Assembly: GCA_028710155.1 (NCBI GenBank)
Contig: JAQUSR010000001.1
Coordinates: forward strand, 1-47,710
Origin: Bacteroidales bacterium
GTDB taxonomy: Bacteria > Bacteroidota > Bacteroidia > Bacteroidales > WRLA01
Direction of reading: 5' to 3'
DNA: 47,710 nucleotides
Shown here: positions 1-8,590 of the stretch, one piece after another
Position numbering within the stretch: position 1 is the first letter of the stretch
Layout: the number at the start of each line of letters is the position of its first letter
Translations under genes and position numbers: made by a program
Notes under the pieces: model-generated
Seen by the model: only the letters and a program-made list of their open reading frames with translations
The model's database searches: none
What the model was told of the DNA's origin: nothing

Positions 1-197
1 AAAGAGATTTGTGTAATTTTGCTCCGTTAAAAAAGTAGATGAAATTTTTGATGATTTTGAAGGCAAAATTTTTTCTATTTTTATGATTGATAAATATTTA
101 TAGATATAAATTCTTTTAATAAAAGAGAATAAAAAGATGTTTTTTTATCAAAAAAAATGAAAAAAATGCACCTTTTTAATGTGTAAAAAAATAAAAA

Positions 198-2510
198 ATG
201 ATAATAAATTACAAGCGTATGAAAGAAAAAAGACTTATCAAAAAGCTATGCATGGTTGCATTGATTTGCTTAGGCATAGCAACGTCTGCACAAGGGCAAG
301 ATTTTTTGCCTTTTGTTAATGATAACTATGCAGGTATAACAGGTGTCTATCTTAATCCTGCATCTATAGCCAATTCGCGTTATCGCGTAGATGTAACATT
401 GTTCGGCGCATCGGTCAATCGTTACAATAATTTTCTGTCTGTTGATAGAAAATATTTAAGAAACTATTATTTAAATCCTAATGGTAGTTTTGAAGCTATA
501 GATGGAACCACAACTACATGGAAAGATGTAGATGCCAGAAAAGAAGGTTTTTTGAAAGAACGTTTAAATGGCGTAGATAAATGGTTGAATGAAGGTGTTC
601 AACTTCAAGCTTTGAATTTTATGGTCTCCATCAATCCTAAATGGGCAGTCGGTTTTACAGCTCGCGGTCGTCAAAATGTTAGCATTAACAACGTTTCTGA
701 AGTTTTTGCTCATTCAGCCTTCAACGATATGAAAGTTTATGACTATTGGTATGGTAATTCGGGCGACCGTTATTATAATACAAATATGAGCATCAACATT
801 CACAGATGGGCCGAATACGGTTTGACCGGTGCCGGAGTTCTTTGGCAAAACGATGAACATATGATTAAAGGTGGTGTTACCCTTAAATTATTACAAGGTT
901 TAGGTGCCCTTTACATCAATTCGAAAATGACAGGAATTGAGATTTATGATGATCAAAATGTTGGATTCTATAACGAAGAAGGTACGGGTACCTCTTTTGG
1001 TTATGGAACCTCCGGAGATATGAGTAAACTTTCATTAAATACTGCTTCCAAAAGTATGGGATTCGGTTTCGATCTCGGCTTTATTTATGAATGGCGTCCC
1101 AATTATAGAGAATATCTCTATGATATGGATGGACAAACAGATTTAGAACGTAAAGACCTCAATAAATACAAATTGCGTATCGGTGTCTCTTTAACCGATG
1201 TTGGAAGTTTGAAATATGTAAAAGGTAATGGAAGCCAAGATTTTAATTTGAACGGATCTCAAAATATTTCTTCTATTAGCGATAATTTTAATATTTTCAC
1301 CAATGCTTTCATTAAAATAGACCAAATTGATCAATTTACTGAAGGTGTCAACCAAATTGCTGATAGCACTTTTGGCGATTCAGAATACAGAATGCGTCTT
1401 CCTATGAGTTTATCAATGCAATTTGATTATAACATTTGGGATCATTTTTATGTAAACTTAACACCGTATTTTGCATTAAGACAAATCAATAATACCAATA
1501 TTAAAACTCATGGTTATACCATTGTCAGTTTAACTCCACGCTACGAAAGAAAATGGTGGGGCGTTTCTCTCCCGTTACAATATAACCAATTAGTATCTTA
1601 TAAATTTGCAGTAGGCTTAGGTTTACGTTTAGGTCCGGTTTGGGTTGGTACTGGTGATATTGTTAATACCTTTATTAAGAAAAACACTATGGGCTCCGAT
1701 TTCCATTGTGCATTAAAAGTACCTATCTTATATGGTCCACCGCAAGATCGTGATGGTGATAAAGTTTCTGACAAGAAAGACGAATGTATCGACGAACCGG
1801 GTCCATGGGAAAGAATGGGCTGCCCATTACAAGATCGTGATGGTGATGGTATTGTGGATGACGAAGACGAATGTCCGGATGTTCCAGGCGTTCCTGAATT
1901 CAACGGTTGTCCTGATACTGACGGCGATGGTATTCCCGATCATTTGGATGATTGCCCCGATGTATTCGGTTTAGCAGAATACAAAGGCTGTCCTGATACT
2001 GATGGCGATGGTATTCCCGACAATATGGATGATTGTCCTGACGTATTCGGTTTAGCAGAGTTTAAAGGCTGTCCGGATTCTGATGGTGATGGTATTCCTG
2101 ATAATTTGGATGATTGTCCGTTAGAACAAGGTCCTAAAGAAAATAATGGTTGTCCGGTGGTTATTCCTGTTGATTTTGCTTACTTAATTCAATTTGAAGT
2201 ATACAAATCAGATATTAAAGCTGAATCATTTGAACACTTAGATAAATTAGTTCAAATCATGAACGATAATCCGGATTACAATGTGAAAGTCGATGGTTAT
2301 ACGGATGTTTCCGGTGGCGATCATATTAACATACCTTTGTCGCAAAAAAGAGCCGACGCTGTTAAAGACTACTTAGTGAAAAAAGGTATTTCTGCCGACA
2401 GAATCGAAGCAAAAGGTCATGGATCTGCTAATCCGATTGCTCCAAACGATACGCCTGAAAACAGAAATCTTAACAGACGTACTGAAATTAACTTGATTCA
2501 AACTCGTTAA
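198..2510 (+). CDS. OmpA-family outer-membrane protein with thrombospondin type-3 (TSP3) calcium-binding repeats and a C-terminal OmpA peptidoglycan-binding domain
   Basis: 770-aa ORF. Signal-peptide-like KKLCMVALICLGIATSAQG; the ATG at 219 is an equally plausible start. Repeated DxDxDG(I/V)xD motifs (DRDGDKVSD, DRDGDGIVDDED, DTDGDGIPD x2, DSDGDGIPD). C-terminal OmpA-like signature (VDGYTD...SQKRADAVKDYL...NRRTEI). Confidence 0.85.
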   Translation: MIINYKRMKEKRLIKKLCMVALICLGIATSAQGQDFLPFVNDNYAGITGVYLNPASIANSRYRVDVTLFGASVNRYNNFLSVDRKYLRNYYLNPNGSFEAIDGTTTTWKDVDARKEGFLKERLNGVDKWLNEGVQLQALNFMVSINPKWAVGFTARGRQNVSINNVSEVFAHSAFNDMKVYDYWYGNSGDRYYNTNMSINIHRWAEYGLTGAGVLWQNDEHMIKGGVTLKLLQGLGALYINSKMTGIEIYDDQNVGFYNEEGTGTSFGYGTSGDMSKLSLNTASKSMGFGFDLGFIYEWRPNYREYLYDMDGQTDLERKDLNKYKLRIGVSLTDVGSLKYVKGNGSQDFNLNGSQNISSISDNFNIFTNAFIKIDQIDQFTEGVNQIADSTFGDSEYRMRLPMSLSMQFDYNIWDHFYVNLTPYFALRQINNTNIKTHGYTIVSLTPRYERKWWGVSLPLQYNQLVSYKFAVGLGLRLGPVWVGTGDIVNTFIKKNTMGSDFHCALKVPILYGPPQDRDGDKVSDKKDECIDEPGPWERMGCPLQDRDGDGIVDDEDECPDVPGVPEFNGCPDTDGDGIPDHLDDCPDVFGLAEYKGCPDTDGDGIPDNMDDCPDVFGLAEFKGCPDSDGDGIPDNLDDCPLEQGPKENNGCPVVIPVDFAYLIQFEVYKSDIKAESFEHLDKLVQIMNDNPDYNVKVDGYTDVSGGDHINIPLSQKRADAVKDYLVKKGISADRIEAKGHGSANPIAPNDTPENRNLNRRTEINLIQTR
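1905..2118 (+). repeat. In-frame tandem 81-nt (27-aa) repeat encoding TSP3 units
   Basis: Unit 1 is 1905-1985 (GCPDTDGDGIPDHLDDCPDVFGLAEYK). Unit 2 is 1986-2066 (GCPDTDGDGIPDNMDDCPDVFGLAEFK). A partial unit 3 starts at 2067 (GCPDSDGDGIPDNLDDCP). Units are near-identical at the DNA level, with mostly synonymous differences. Confidence 0.9.
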
Positions 2511-2524
2511 TCATAGATTAGATT

Positions 2525-2556
2525 AAAAAAGCTGCTCATCGAGCAGCTTTTTTTTT
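2525..2556. terminator. Rho-independent terminator, possibly bidirectional
   Basis: aaaaaaGCTGCTCatcGAGCAGCttttttttt: a 7-bp GC-rich stem (2531-2537 / 2541-2547) flanked by an A-run and a T-run, 15 nt after the OmpA-family stop codon. Confidence 0.65.
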
Positions 2557-2757
2557 GATATATGTTGTCAATTATTACAACAATTCGGTCTTTTTTTAAT
2601 GATTATTAGTAATAAAAATTGTATAAAAGTATTTGGTTTTGGAGCAAATGATCAAATAAAGGCTTTAGAGAGTATCGAAAATCAACAAGAAATTAGTATT
2701 CAACAAAATACAATTGAAACATTATCACAAGATAAAGAAACGATAGATGAATGAAAA

Positions 2758-3867
2758 TTAGAGTAAACTACGTATAGGAATAATCAAATGTTCTTTAAAT
2801 TTTTCCCATCGACTGCGATTTGTCCAATGTTCCATATCGAATGATTCCGATTGTTCTAAGGTTTCATAAATATGCGATTGAAGTTGTTGAATGATTTCTG
2901 ATTGTTGACCGATGGCAACTATTTCGTATTGATGGCGAAAACTTCGATAATCAAAATTTGAGGAGCCGATAGAAAAAATCTTTGAATCAATCATTAACAA
3001 TTTAGCATGTAAATTATTTGGTTTAAATAATCGAATATCTGCACCCATTTCATATAATGGTGCTATGTAACGATCTCGAAGAATATCTACAGCTTTAACA
3101 TCAGAGTGTTTAGGAGTAATGACGACGATTTTGACCCCCCTTGCTATTGCTTTTTCCATAGCAAAACGCAACGAACTACTTGGAAGAAAATAAGGACTTT
3201 CAATGAAAATGTTTTTTTTAGCCTGATTTATCAATTCAATGTATCTTTTTTTGACTAAAGAACGCTTCGTAGATGGAATATCGCGAACAATCTCAAAGTT
3301 TTCGGTGAACAAAGATCCTAATCTGCGTTTTTTTTGCGGCATGATGATGGTCTTTGCTGCAACAAATTGATAATGAATTATTCGTGAAAGTTTTTGAGCA
3401 AAATGAACATCTTTTGAACGTAGCATCAATTCTCGCCAAGCTAAGTTGTAATCAGAAATATTGGCTGAACCGATATAAGAAATTTTGTTATCAATTGTGA
3501 ATATTTTTCGATGATCACGATGATGTGATTTGATGATAACATCCCAATTAAAAGTAATGTGAGCTTTATCCCAAATGCGTAAAAGCCCGCCCGATTCAAC
3601 AAATTCTTTAAAAAAAGTATTGGCGTGTGGTGTCCCCCAACCATCAACTAATATTTTGGTGTGAACTCCTCTTTGAACTGCTTTAGTAATTTGAGCCAGT
3701 ATGCGTTTTGAAAAATGATCATCATGAAATTTGAAAACTTCAATATAGATTGTTTTTTTTGCATTGTCAATATCGGCTAACAATGAATTGTAAAACAACA
3801 TCATATCGTCAAATATCTGATAAGGTTCTTGAATGTTGACCATCATCGAAAAATTTTCGTTGAACAA
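2758..3867 (-). CDS. Phospholipase D-family protein (ClsB-like, two HKD motifs)
   Basis: 369-aa ORF with two HxKxxxxD motifs (HRKIFTID...GSANIS and HAKLLMID...GSSNFD). No obvious N-terminal transmembrane helices. Confidence 0.8.
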   Translation of the reverse strand: MFNENFSMMVNIQEPYQIFDDMMLFYNSLLADIDNAKKTIYIEVFKFHDDHFSKRILAQITKAVQRGVHTKILVDGWGTPHANTFFKEFVESGGLLRIWDKAHITFNWDVIIKSHHRDHRKIFTIDNKISYIGSANISDYNLAWRELMLRSKDVHFAQKLSRIIHYQFVAAKTIIMPQKKRRLGSLFTENFEIVRDIPSTKRSLVKKRYIELINQAKKNIFIESPYFLPSSSLRFAMEKAIARGVKIVVITPKHSDVKAVDILRDRYIAPLYEMGADIRLFKPNNLHAKLLMIDSKIFSIGSSNFDYRSFRHQYEIVAIGQQSEIIQQLQSHIYETLEQSESFDMEHWTNRSRWEKFKEHLIIPIRSLL

Positions 3868-3874
3868 TAAATTC

Positions 3875-5374
3875 CTAATCTTTCAAAAATATGTCCTTTT
3901 TCTCCAAAGGACGTCTCGCTTCTTGCCATTGAAAACCACGCAATTTTTTATATTCTTCTGGAAATTCTTTTTTCGGAAAAGTGGTGGCTTTGGCGTCTTT
4001 TATATATGTAACACTTTCAAATTCATTATCTTTTAATAAAATATAAAGCAAAGACGAAGAGGCTTTATCGATGCCGATTAAACTTTTTTCATCGTCTCGA
4101 ATGTAATACACCGATTCGGCATTTCCAATGGATGTTATTCTTTGTATTTCATTATCTTTGAATAAAGCAATAACAGTTTTTCCTTTAACTTGATTGTAAT
4201 TTTTTAAAGTATCAATGGCGATTACAAAGGCATTGTGATAAAAAATCATGGAATCAATGGTTTGTTTACTGATAAACATATAAATTGAGTCGGAGGTCAT
4301 TTGATTTTTTTCTGACCATAAAATAGGTTTGCTATACATTCGAATGGTAGAATCGGATGCTACATAAATTAAAGAATCACAAGCACCTTGCAAATCTGTA
4401 CGGAAAAATTTTGTGTGATGAAAGGTGGAAATGTATTGAATTTTTTCGGATGTGTCAATTTGAATAAAAAAAGTATCGGCATGAAGAAAGAGTGAATCTT
4501 TTTCATCAACAAAGACGGCTACTGCACTATCTATCACAAAACCAAATCGTTCCGATCTATGGTATTCTGCATAATTTCCTTTGATAGTAATTTGTTCAAC
4601 AGTATCTGTAGCAGAAATATTTCCAAAAGAATAGGCAATTTGTGTCAAATGGTCATAATAAGCACTATCACAATAAGATATTTTTGTGGATTCAGTAGCA
4701 CAAACATTGATATATAAATGTGCGTCGTCAGTTTCTGTATTATACCAACCTTTTTCGCAATAAGAATATCGCTCTTCTCCAATGATTTCTGTTGGACCGA
4801 GAATAGTGGCAATATTAGTTTCTGTATTATATAATAAGGTGTCGGACAGTAAATGATAGGCACTATCCATTAATAAAACATTTTTTTGGAAATGAAACTC
4901 GTTGAAGTCGGAAAAATAAAAACCTATGTCGGAAAAGAGTTGTTTTTCTTCATCGATGATTTTGCCTTTTTTGGGATAATATGCGTAATTATCGTTTCGA
5001 AAATAATCTAACGAATCGGTATAAAGTGTCATTGTGTTATCTTTCAAAACTACTTCGTTTCGGGCATTGGCAATTCGTGTATTACCGTTATAAATTAATC
5101 GTCGGCAAAATAAATGGATGGTATCGTTCATTATAAGATGCACTTTTCCGAAAGCTTCAAGACTATTTTGAGCATTGTAAAAATAAGCGGAATCGCAATA
5201 TAAAAAAGCACTATCGTGTTGAAATATAACATTATCAAGCATCCTTGTGCGACGGGTACTCGACTCATCAATCGCAATATCGGCATTAATAATGTTGATT
5301 TTCTTGGTCTCTTGTGCGTTTAAATAAATGACACTGATTCCCAAATAAATAAGTAAAAAAAATATTTTTTTCAT
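3875..5374 (-). CDS. OstA-like (LptA/LptD N-terminal-like) repeat protein
   Basis: 499-aa ORF with a signal peptide (MKKIFFLLIYLGISVIYLNAQ). Reiterated OstA_2-type pattern: ADIAI...LDNVIFQHDSAFLYCDSAYFY...AFGKVHL..., LIYNGNTRIANARNEVVLKD..., LYTDSLDYFR. Confidence 0.7.
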   Translation of the reverse strand: MKKIFFLLIYLGISVIYLNAQETKKINIINADIAIDESSTRRTRMLDNVIFQHDSAFLYCDSAYFYNAQNSLEAFGKVHLIMNDTIHLFCRRLIYNGNTRIANARNEVVLKDNTMTLYTDSLDYFRNDNYAYYPKKGKIIDEEKQLFSDIGFYFSDFNEFHFQKNVLLMDSAYHLLSDTLLYNTETNIATILGPTEIIGEERYSYCEKGWYNTETDDAHLYINVCATESTKISYCDSAYYDHLTQIAYSFGNISATDTVEQITIKGNYAEYHRSERFGFVIDSAVAVFVDEKDSLFLHADTFFIQIDTSEKIQYISTFHHTKFFRTDLQGACDSLIYVASDSTIRMYSKPILWSEKNQMTSDSIYMFISKQTIDSMIFYHNAFVIAIDTLKNYNQVKGKTVIALFKDNEIQRITSIGNAESVYYIRDDEKSLIGIDKASSSLLYILLKDNEFESVTYIKDAKATTFPKKEFPEEYKKLRGFQWQEARRPLEKKDIFLKD

Positions 5375-5390
5375 TTGATTATTGTCGGTG

Positions 5391-5398
5391 CAAAGGTA
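5391..5398 (-). promoter_or_regulatory. Bacteroidota -7 promoter box (TAnnTTTG)
   Basis: The minus strand reads TACCTTTG, ending 17 nt upstream of the OstA-like ATG (5374). Confidence 0.5.
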
Positions 5399-5470
5399 AC
5401 TTTTTACTTCTTATCGTCAAATAGTCATTTTCGAAGATAGGGAAAGGAAATATTTCTTCTTGAATTTGTG

Positions 5471-5501
5471 CAAAAAAATGACTATCAATTAATTGATAGT
5501 C
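5471..5501 (-). terminator. Rho-independent terminator candidate
   Basis: Perfect 22-bp palindrome gactatcaatt/aattgatagtc (5480-5501). On the minus strand it is followed by a-ttttttt-g. It lies 84 nt downstream of the stop of the 5585-6505 gene. Confidence 0.5.
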
Positions 5502-5584
5502 AAATATTGATGGTTTGTGATTTTTTTTATTACAATTGCACCAATTTTTCGACCGATTAATTAGTGCAAAATGAGAGAATCAAT

Positions 5585-6505
5585 TTAGATGGAAAATTTT
5601 CTTTGAATAATATCGAAAAGGCGTTTATAGGCGGAAGAAGTACTATCCCAATTTTTCTTCGGTTTCGTTTTTTCAACAAAATCCCATGCGTCTAAACCAT
5701 CTTCGAATTGATCTAATTCTTCAATAAATTGATTGTATGAACTGATATTTCCTTTAAACAATTCATTAATAAAAGTAAAACGATCGTTGATTCCGATAGC
5801 TTTTTTTAGATCCAATAATGGTGTTTGGGCAATTTTTGATAAAAGAGTGTGATCTTCGGTTTCGCGAGCCAATTTCTCCACAATTGAATTGTTGTCTTCT
5901 TGAAAGGTCTCTGCTACAATTAACGGTTCTTGAGAAAGTGATGACATCTTAGGAGGTAAAGACGTTTCAATGGGTGTTTCCTCAACAAGGTCAGATTGCA
6001 CTTCATCATGATGTTCAGTTGGTGTTGAATATATTTCTTCGCTTGTTGGTGGCTGATTCCAAATAACATTAGGAATGGATGGTTCAACTTTCGGTTCATC
6101 TATAATAGTTGATTCTTCGCCATGTGAAGGTTCGTCTTGTATTTGTATCGGTGCACTATCTGTGGAATCATCATTATCTGTAGCTGTTTCAGATGAAGAA
6201 GCTTGTGTTTCTTCGTTTGTGGCAACGTTTTCGGTGGGTGTTGCAAGATTTTCGGATGAAGAAACTTGTGATTCTTCGTTTGTGACAACGTTTTCGGTGG
6301 GTGTTGCAATATTTTCAGATGAGGTTTCCGTAGAAGCTAAAAATGTTAAAACGTTTAATTTGTCGTAGGCAATTTTTAGATAATCTTTTACTAAATCAAC
6401 TTCAAGAGTTGAAAATTTTTCTGGATTTTTTACTAAAACATCTATTTGAAGATGCGCAATTTTAAGAATATCAGAGATTTGTAATAAGGTTTGTTGTTGA
6501 TCCAT
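5585..6505 (-). CDS. Hypothetical protein with an acidic S/T/E-rich repeat linker and a conserved-looking C-terminal domain
   Basis: 306-aa ORF. The central low-complexity region contains a 21-aa tandem repeat. The C-terminal segment ([28 protein letters not shown]) looks like a family I have seen in Bacteroidota hypotheticals, but I cannot name it. Confidence 0.5.
   Translation of the reverse strand: MDQQQTLLQISDILKIAHLQIDVLVKNPEKFSTLEVDLVKDYLKIAYDKLNVLTFLASTETSSENIATPTENVVTNEESQVSSSENLATPTENVATNEETQASSSETATDNDDSTDSAPIQIQDEPSHGEESTIIDEPKVEPSIPNVIWNQPPTSEEIYSTPTEHHDEVQSDLVEETPIETSLPPKMSSLSQEPLIVAETFQEDNNSIVEKLARETEDHTLLSKIAQTPLLDLKKAIGINDRFTFINELFKGNISSYNQFIEELDQFEDGLDAWDFVEKTKPKKNWDSTSSAYKRLFDIIQRKFSI
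6188..6313 (-). repeat. Tandem 63-nt (21-aa) coding repeat, two full copies plus partial flanks
   Basis: Copies begin at 6188, 6251 and 6314 (partial). They encode [21 protein letters not shown] and [21 protein letters not shown] on the minus strand. Confidence 0.85.
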
Positions 6506-6542
6506 TTTTTTTATAACTTGATAAATTTTGTATTAATTATTT

Positions 6543-6550
6543 TACTTTTG
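6543..6550 (+). promoter_or_regulatory. Bacteroidota -7 promoter box candidate for tdk
   Basis: TACTTTTG on the + strand, 52 nt upstream of the ATG at 6602. Confidence 0.4.
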
Positions 6551-6601
6551 TACAATTTTAAAAGTTGGATAAAAGTACAACATTTTGATAATACAAAATT
6601 C

Positions 6602-7192
6602 ATGTTTATAGAAAAAAATATCAACAATTCTGATAAAAAAGGTTTTATTGAAATTATCTGTGGATCAATGTTTTCCGGAAAAACAGAAGAGTTGATTCGG
6701 CGATTAAAACGTGCTAAAATTGCCAAACAACGTGTCGAAATTTTTAAACCGGCAGTAGATATTCGTTACGATGAAAACGATGTGGTCTCGCACGATGAGC
6801 ATAGCATCAAATCAACACCGGTGGCTTCGGCTTCTGAAATTTTGTTTTATTCCGGCGATGCGGATGTTATCGGTATCGACGAAGCCCAATTTTTTGATCA
6901 AGAATTGGTAGATGTTTGCAATAAATTGGCAAATAGTGGAATACGTGTAATTGTTGCCGGCTTGGATATGGATTATTTGGGAAACCCGTTTGGTCCAATT
7001 CCTTCGCTATTGGCTACAGCTGAGTATGTTACCAAAGTTCATGCTATCTGTATGGAATGTGGCGGTTTGGCACAACACTCGTATCGGACTGTTACTGACG
7101 ACAAATTGGTTTTGTTGGGCGAAACCGATCGCTACGAACCTTTGTGCAGAAGTTGTTTTCAGAAAAAAATGAAAAACGAAACCAAAAAATAA
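6602..7192 (+). CDS. tdk: Thymidine kinase
   Basis: P-loop [11 protein letters not shown], the DEAQFF motif and a C-terminal zinc-ribbon pair (C..C...C..C). The ORF-track start at 6491 adds a hydrophobic non-homologous extension that overlaps the divergent gene, so I chose the ATG at 6602 (MFIEKN...). Confidence 0.9.
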   Translation: MFIEKNINNSDKKGFIEIICGSMFSGKTEELIRRLKRAKIAKQRVEIFKPAVDIRYDENDVVSHDEHSIKSTPVASASEILFYSGDADVIGIDEAQFFDQELVDVCNKLANSGIRVIVAGLDMDYLGNPFGPIPSLLATAEYVTKVHAICMECGGLAQHSYRTVTDDKLVLLGETDRYEPLCRSCFQKKMKNETKK

Positions 7193-7238
7193 AATTCGTG
7201 AAGATTATTGTTTAAAATCTACACATTTTGAGCGAAAT

Positions 7239-8567
7239 ATGCAAAATGTCTTAGAAAATTTCTTAAAAAATTATCCGCAAGTAAATGTAAATCAAAACTT
7301 TCTGCTAGCAGTGAGTGGTGGTATGGATTCAACGGTATTGGCGGAGCTTTTTTTTCGGGCTAAATGGCATTTTTCGATGGCCCATTGCAATTTTCATTTA
7401 CGCGGCTCTGATTCCAATCGCGATGAACAATTTGTGCGTCAATTAGCTAAAAAATACAACGTCCCTGTTTTTGTTCAAGAATTTGATACTCTAAATTTTG
7501 CAGAAATGCAAAAAATCGGTATTGAAGAAGCAGCCCGAAAACTTCGCTATGCGTGGTTTGACGAACTTATGAACAATAATCATTTCGATTGGTTGGTGAC
7601 GGCACATCATCAAGACGATTCGATAGAAACTTTTCTGCTTAATTTGCTTCGTGGTACCGGATTGAGCGGTTTACACGGTATTTTGCCGTTGCGAGGTCGG
7701 TTGATTCGCCCGCTTACAACCGTTACACGTCAACAAATTGAACGTTTTGCTAATGACAATCAATTATCACATTGTGAAGATGTTACTAATTCTGATATTC
7801 AATTTACCCGCAACAATATTCGCAGTCGGTTGGTGCCGTTTTTGAAAGAAATTCAACCGCAATTTTCATATTTGATGGGCAATACCATTGAACATTTGCA
7901 AGGCGTTGAAAAGATTTATCAAAAAGCTATTCAACAGATTTGTAATGAAATAGTTACAAAAAAACAAAATTCCATTGAAATTGATATTGAAAAATTGTTG
8001 AAAACCGAATCGCCTTCAACGGTGTTGTTTGAAATTTTGTCTCCGTTTGGATTTAATAGCTCTGTTATCCAATCAATTACAGAATCATTGACAGGGAATT
8101 CCGGAAAAATATTTTATTCTGATAAATTTCAAGCAATAAAAGATCGTACAACGTTAATTGTCAGTAGAATCAGCAATGATGTTTCTTCTGTTTTTTCGAT
8201 TGAAAAAAATCAAAATAGAGTGGATTTTCCTGTTTCATTAACCATTGACATTCAACAAAATGATGATAATTTTATTCTACCGAAATCGAAGGAAATTGCC
8301 TGTTTTGATGCCGATCAACTAAAATTTCCGTTACAACTACGTCATTGGAAACAAGGCGATTTTTTTGTGCCGTTTGGTATGAAAGGTCGCAAAAAGTTGA
8401 GCGATTTTTTTTCGAACAATAAGTTTTCGTTGCTTGATAAACAACAAGTTTGGTTGTTATGTTCGGGCTACGATGTGATTTGGATTGTGGGTTGGCGAAT
8501 GGATAATCGTTATCGTGTAACCACCGAAACGAAACGAGTGCTAAAAATGGAATGTTTGAATAAATAG
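7239..8567 (+). CDS. tilS: tRNA(Ile)-lysidine synthase
   Basis: PP-loop motif SGGMDS near the N-terminus. Length is 442 aa, with a typical TilS C-terminal domain (KKLSDFF...W). Confidence 0.9.
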   Translation: MQNVLENFLKNYPQVNVNQNFLLAVSGGMDSTVLAELFFRAKWHFSMAHCNFHLRGSDSNRDEQFVRQLAKKYNVPVFVQEFDTLNFAEMQKIGIEEAARKLRYAWFDELMNNNHFDWLVTAHHQDDSIETFLLNLLRGTGLSGLHGILPLRGRLIRPLTTVTRQQIERFANDNQLSHCEDVTNSDIQFTRNNIRSRLVPFLKEIQPQFSYLMGNTIEHLQGVEKIYQKAIQQICNEIVTKKQNSIEIDIEKLLKTESPSTVLFEILSPFGFNSSVIQSITESLTGNSGKIFYSDKFQAIKDRTTLIVSRISNDVSSVFSIEKNQNRVDFPVSLTIDIQQNDDNFILPKSKEIACFDADQLKFPLQLRHWKQGDFFVPFGMKGRKKLSDFFSNNKFSLLDKQQVWLLCSGYDVIWIVGWRMDNRYRVTTETKRVLKMECLNK

Positions 8568-8590
8568 TAAAAATTAATACATAATAAGAT

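Noticed and set aside
1732-2118. Regularly spaced repeated units that at first glance resemble a repeat-spacer array
   Set aside because: The units are contiguous with no spacers, in frame, and encode TSP3 calcium-binding motifs within a long ORF. This is not a CRISPR array.
2599-2754. 51-aa ORF (MIISNKNCIKVFGFGANDQIKALESIENQQ...) in the 250-nt gap between the OmpA-family and PLD-like genes
   Set aside because: There is no promoter box at a suitable distance and no recognisable family, and it lies after a strong terminator. I cannot support it as a gene without conservation data.
6491-6601. N-terminal 37-codon extension of thymidine kinase given by the ORF track
   Set aside because: The extension is hydrophobic and Leu/Ile/Phe-rich, which is unlike any Tdk. 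It overlaps the divergent gene's start and contains the candidate -7 box, so the ATG at 6602 gives a canonical Tdk N-terminus.
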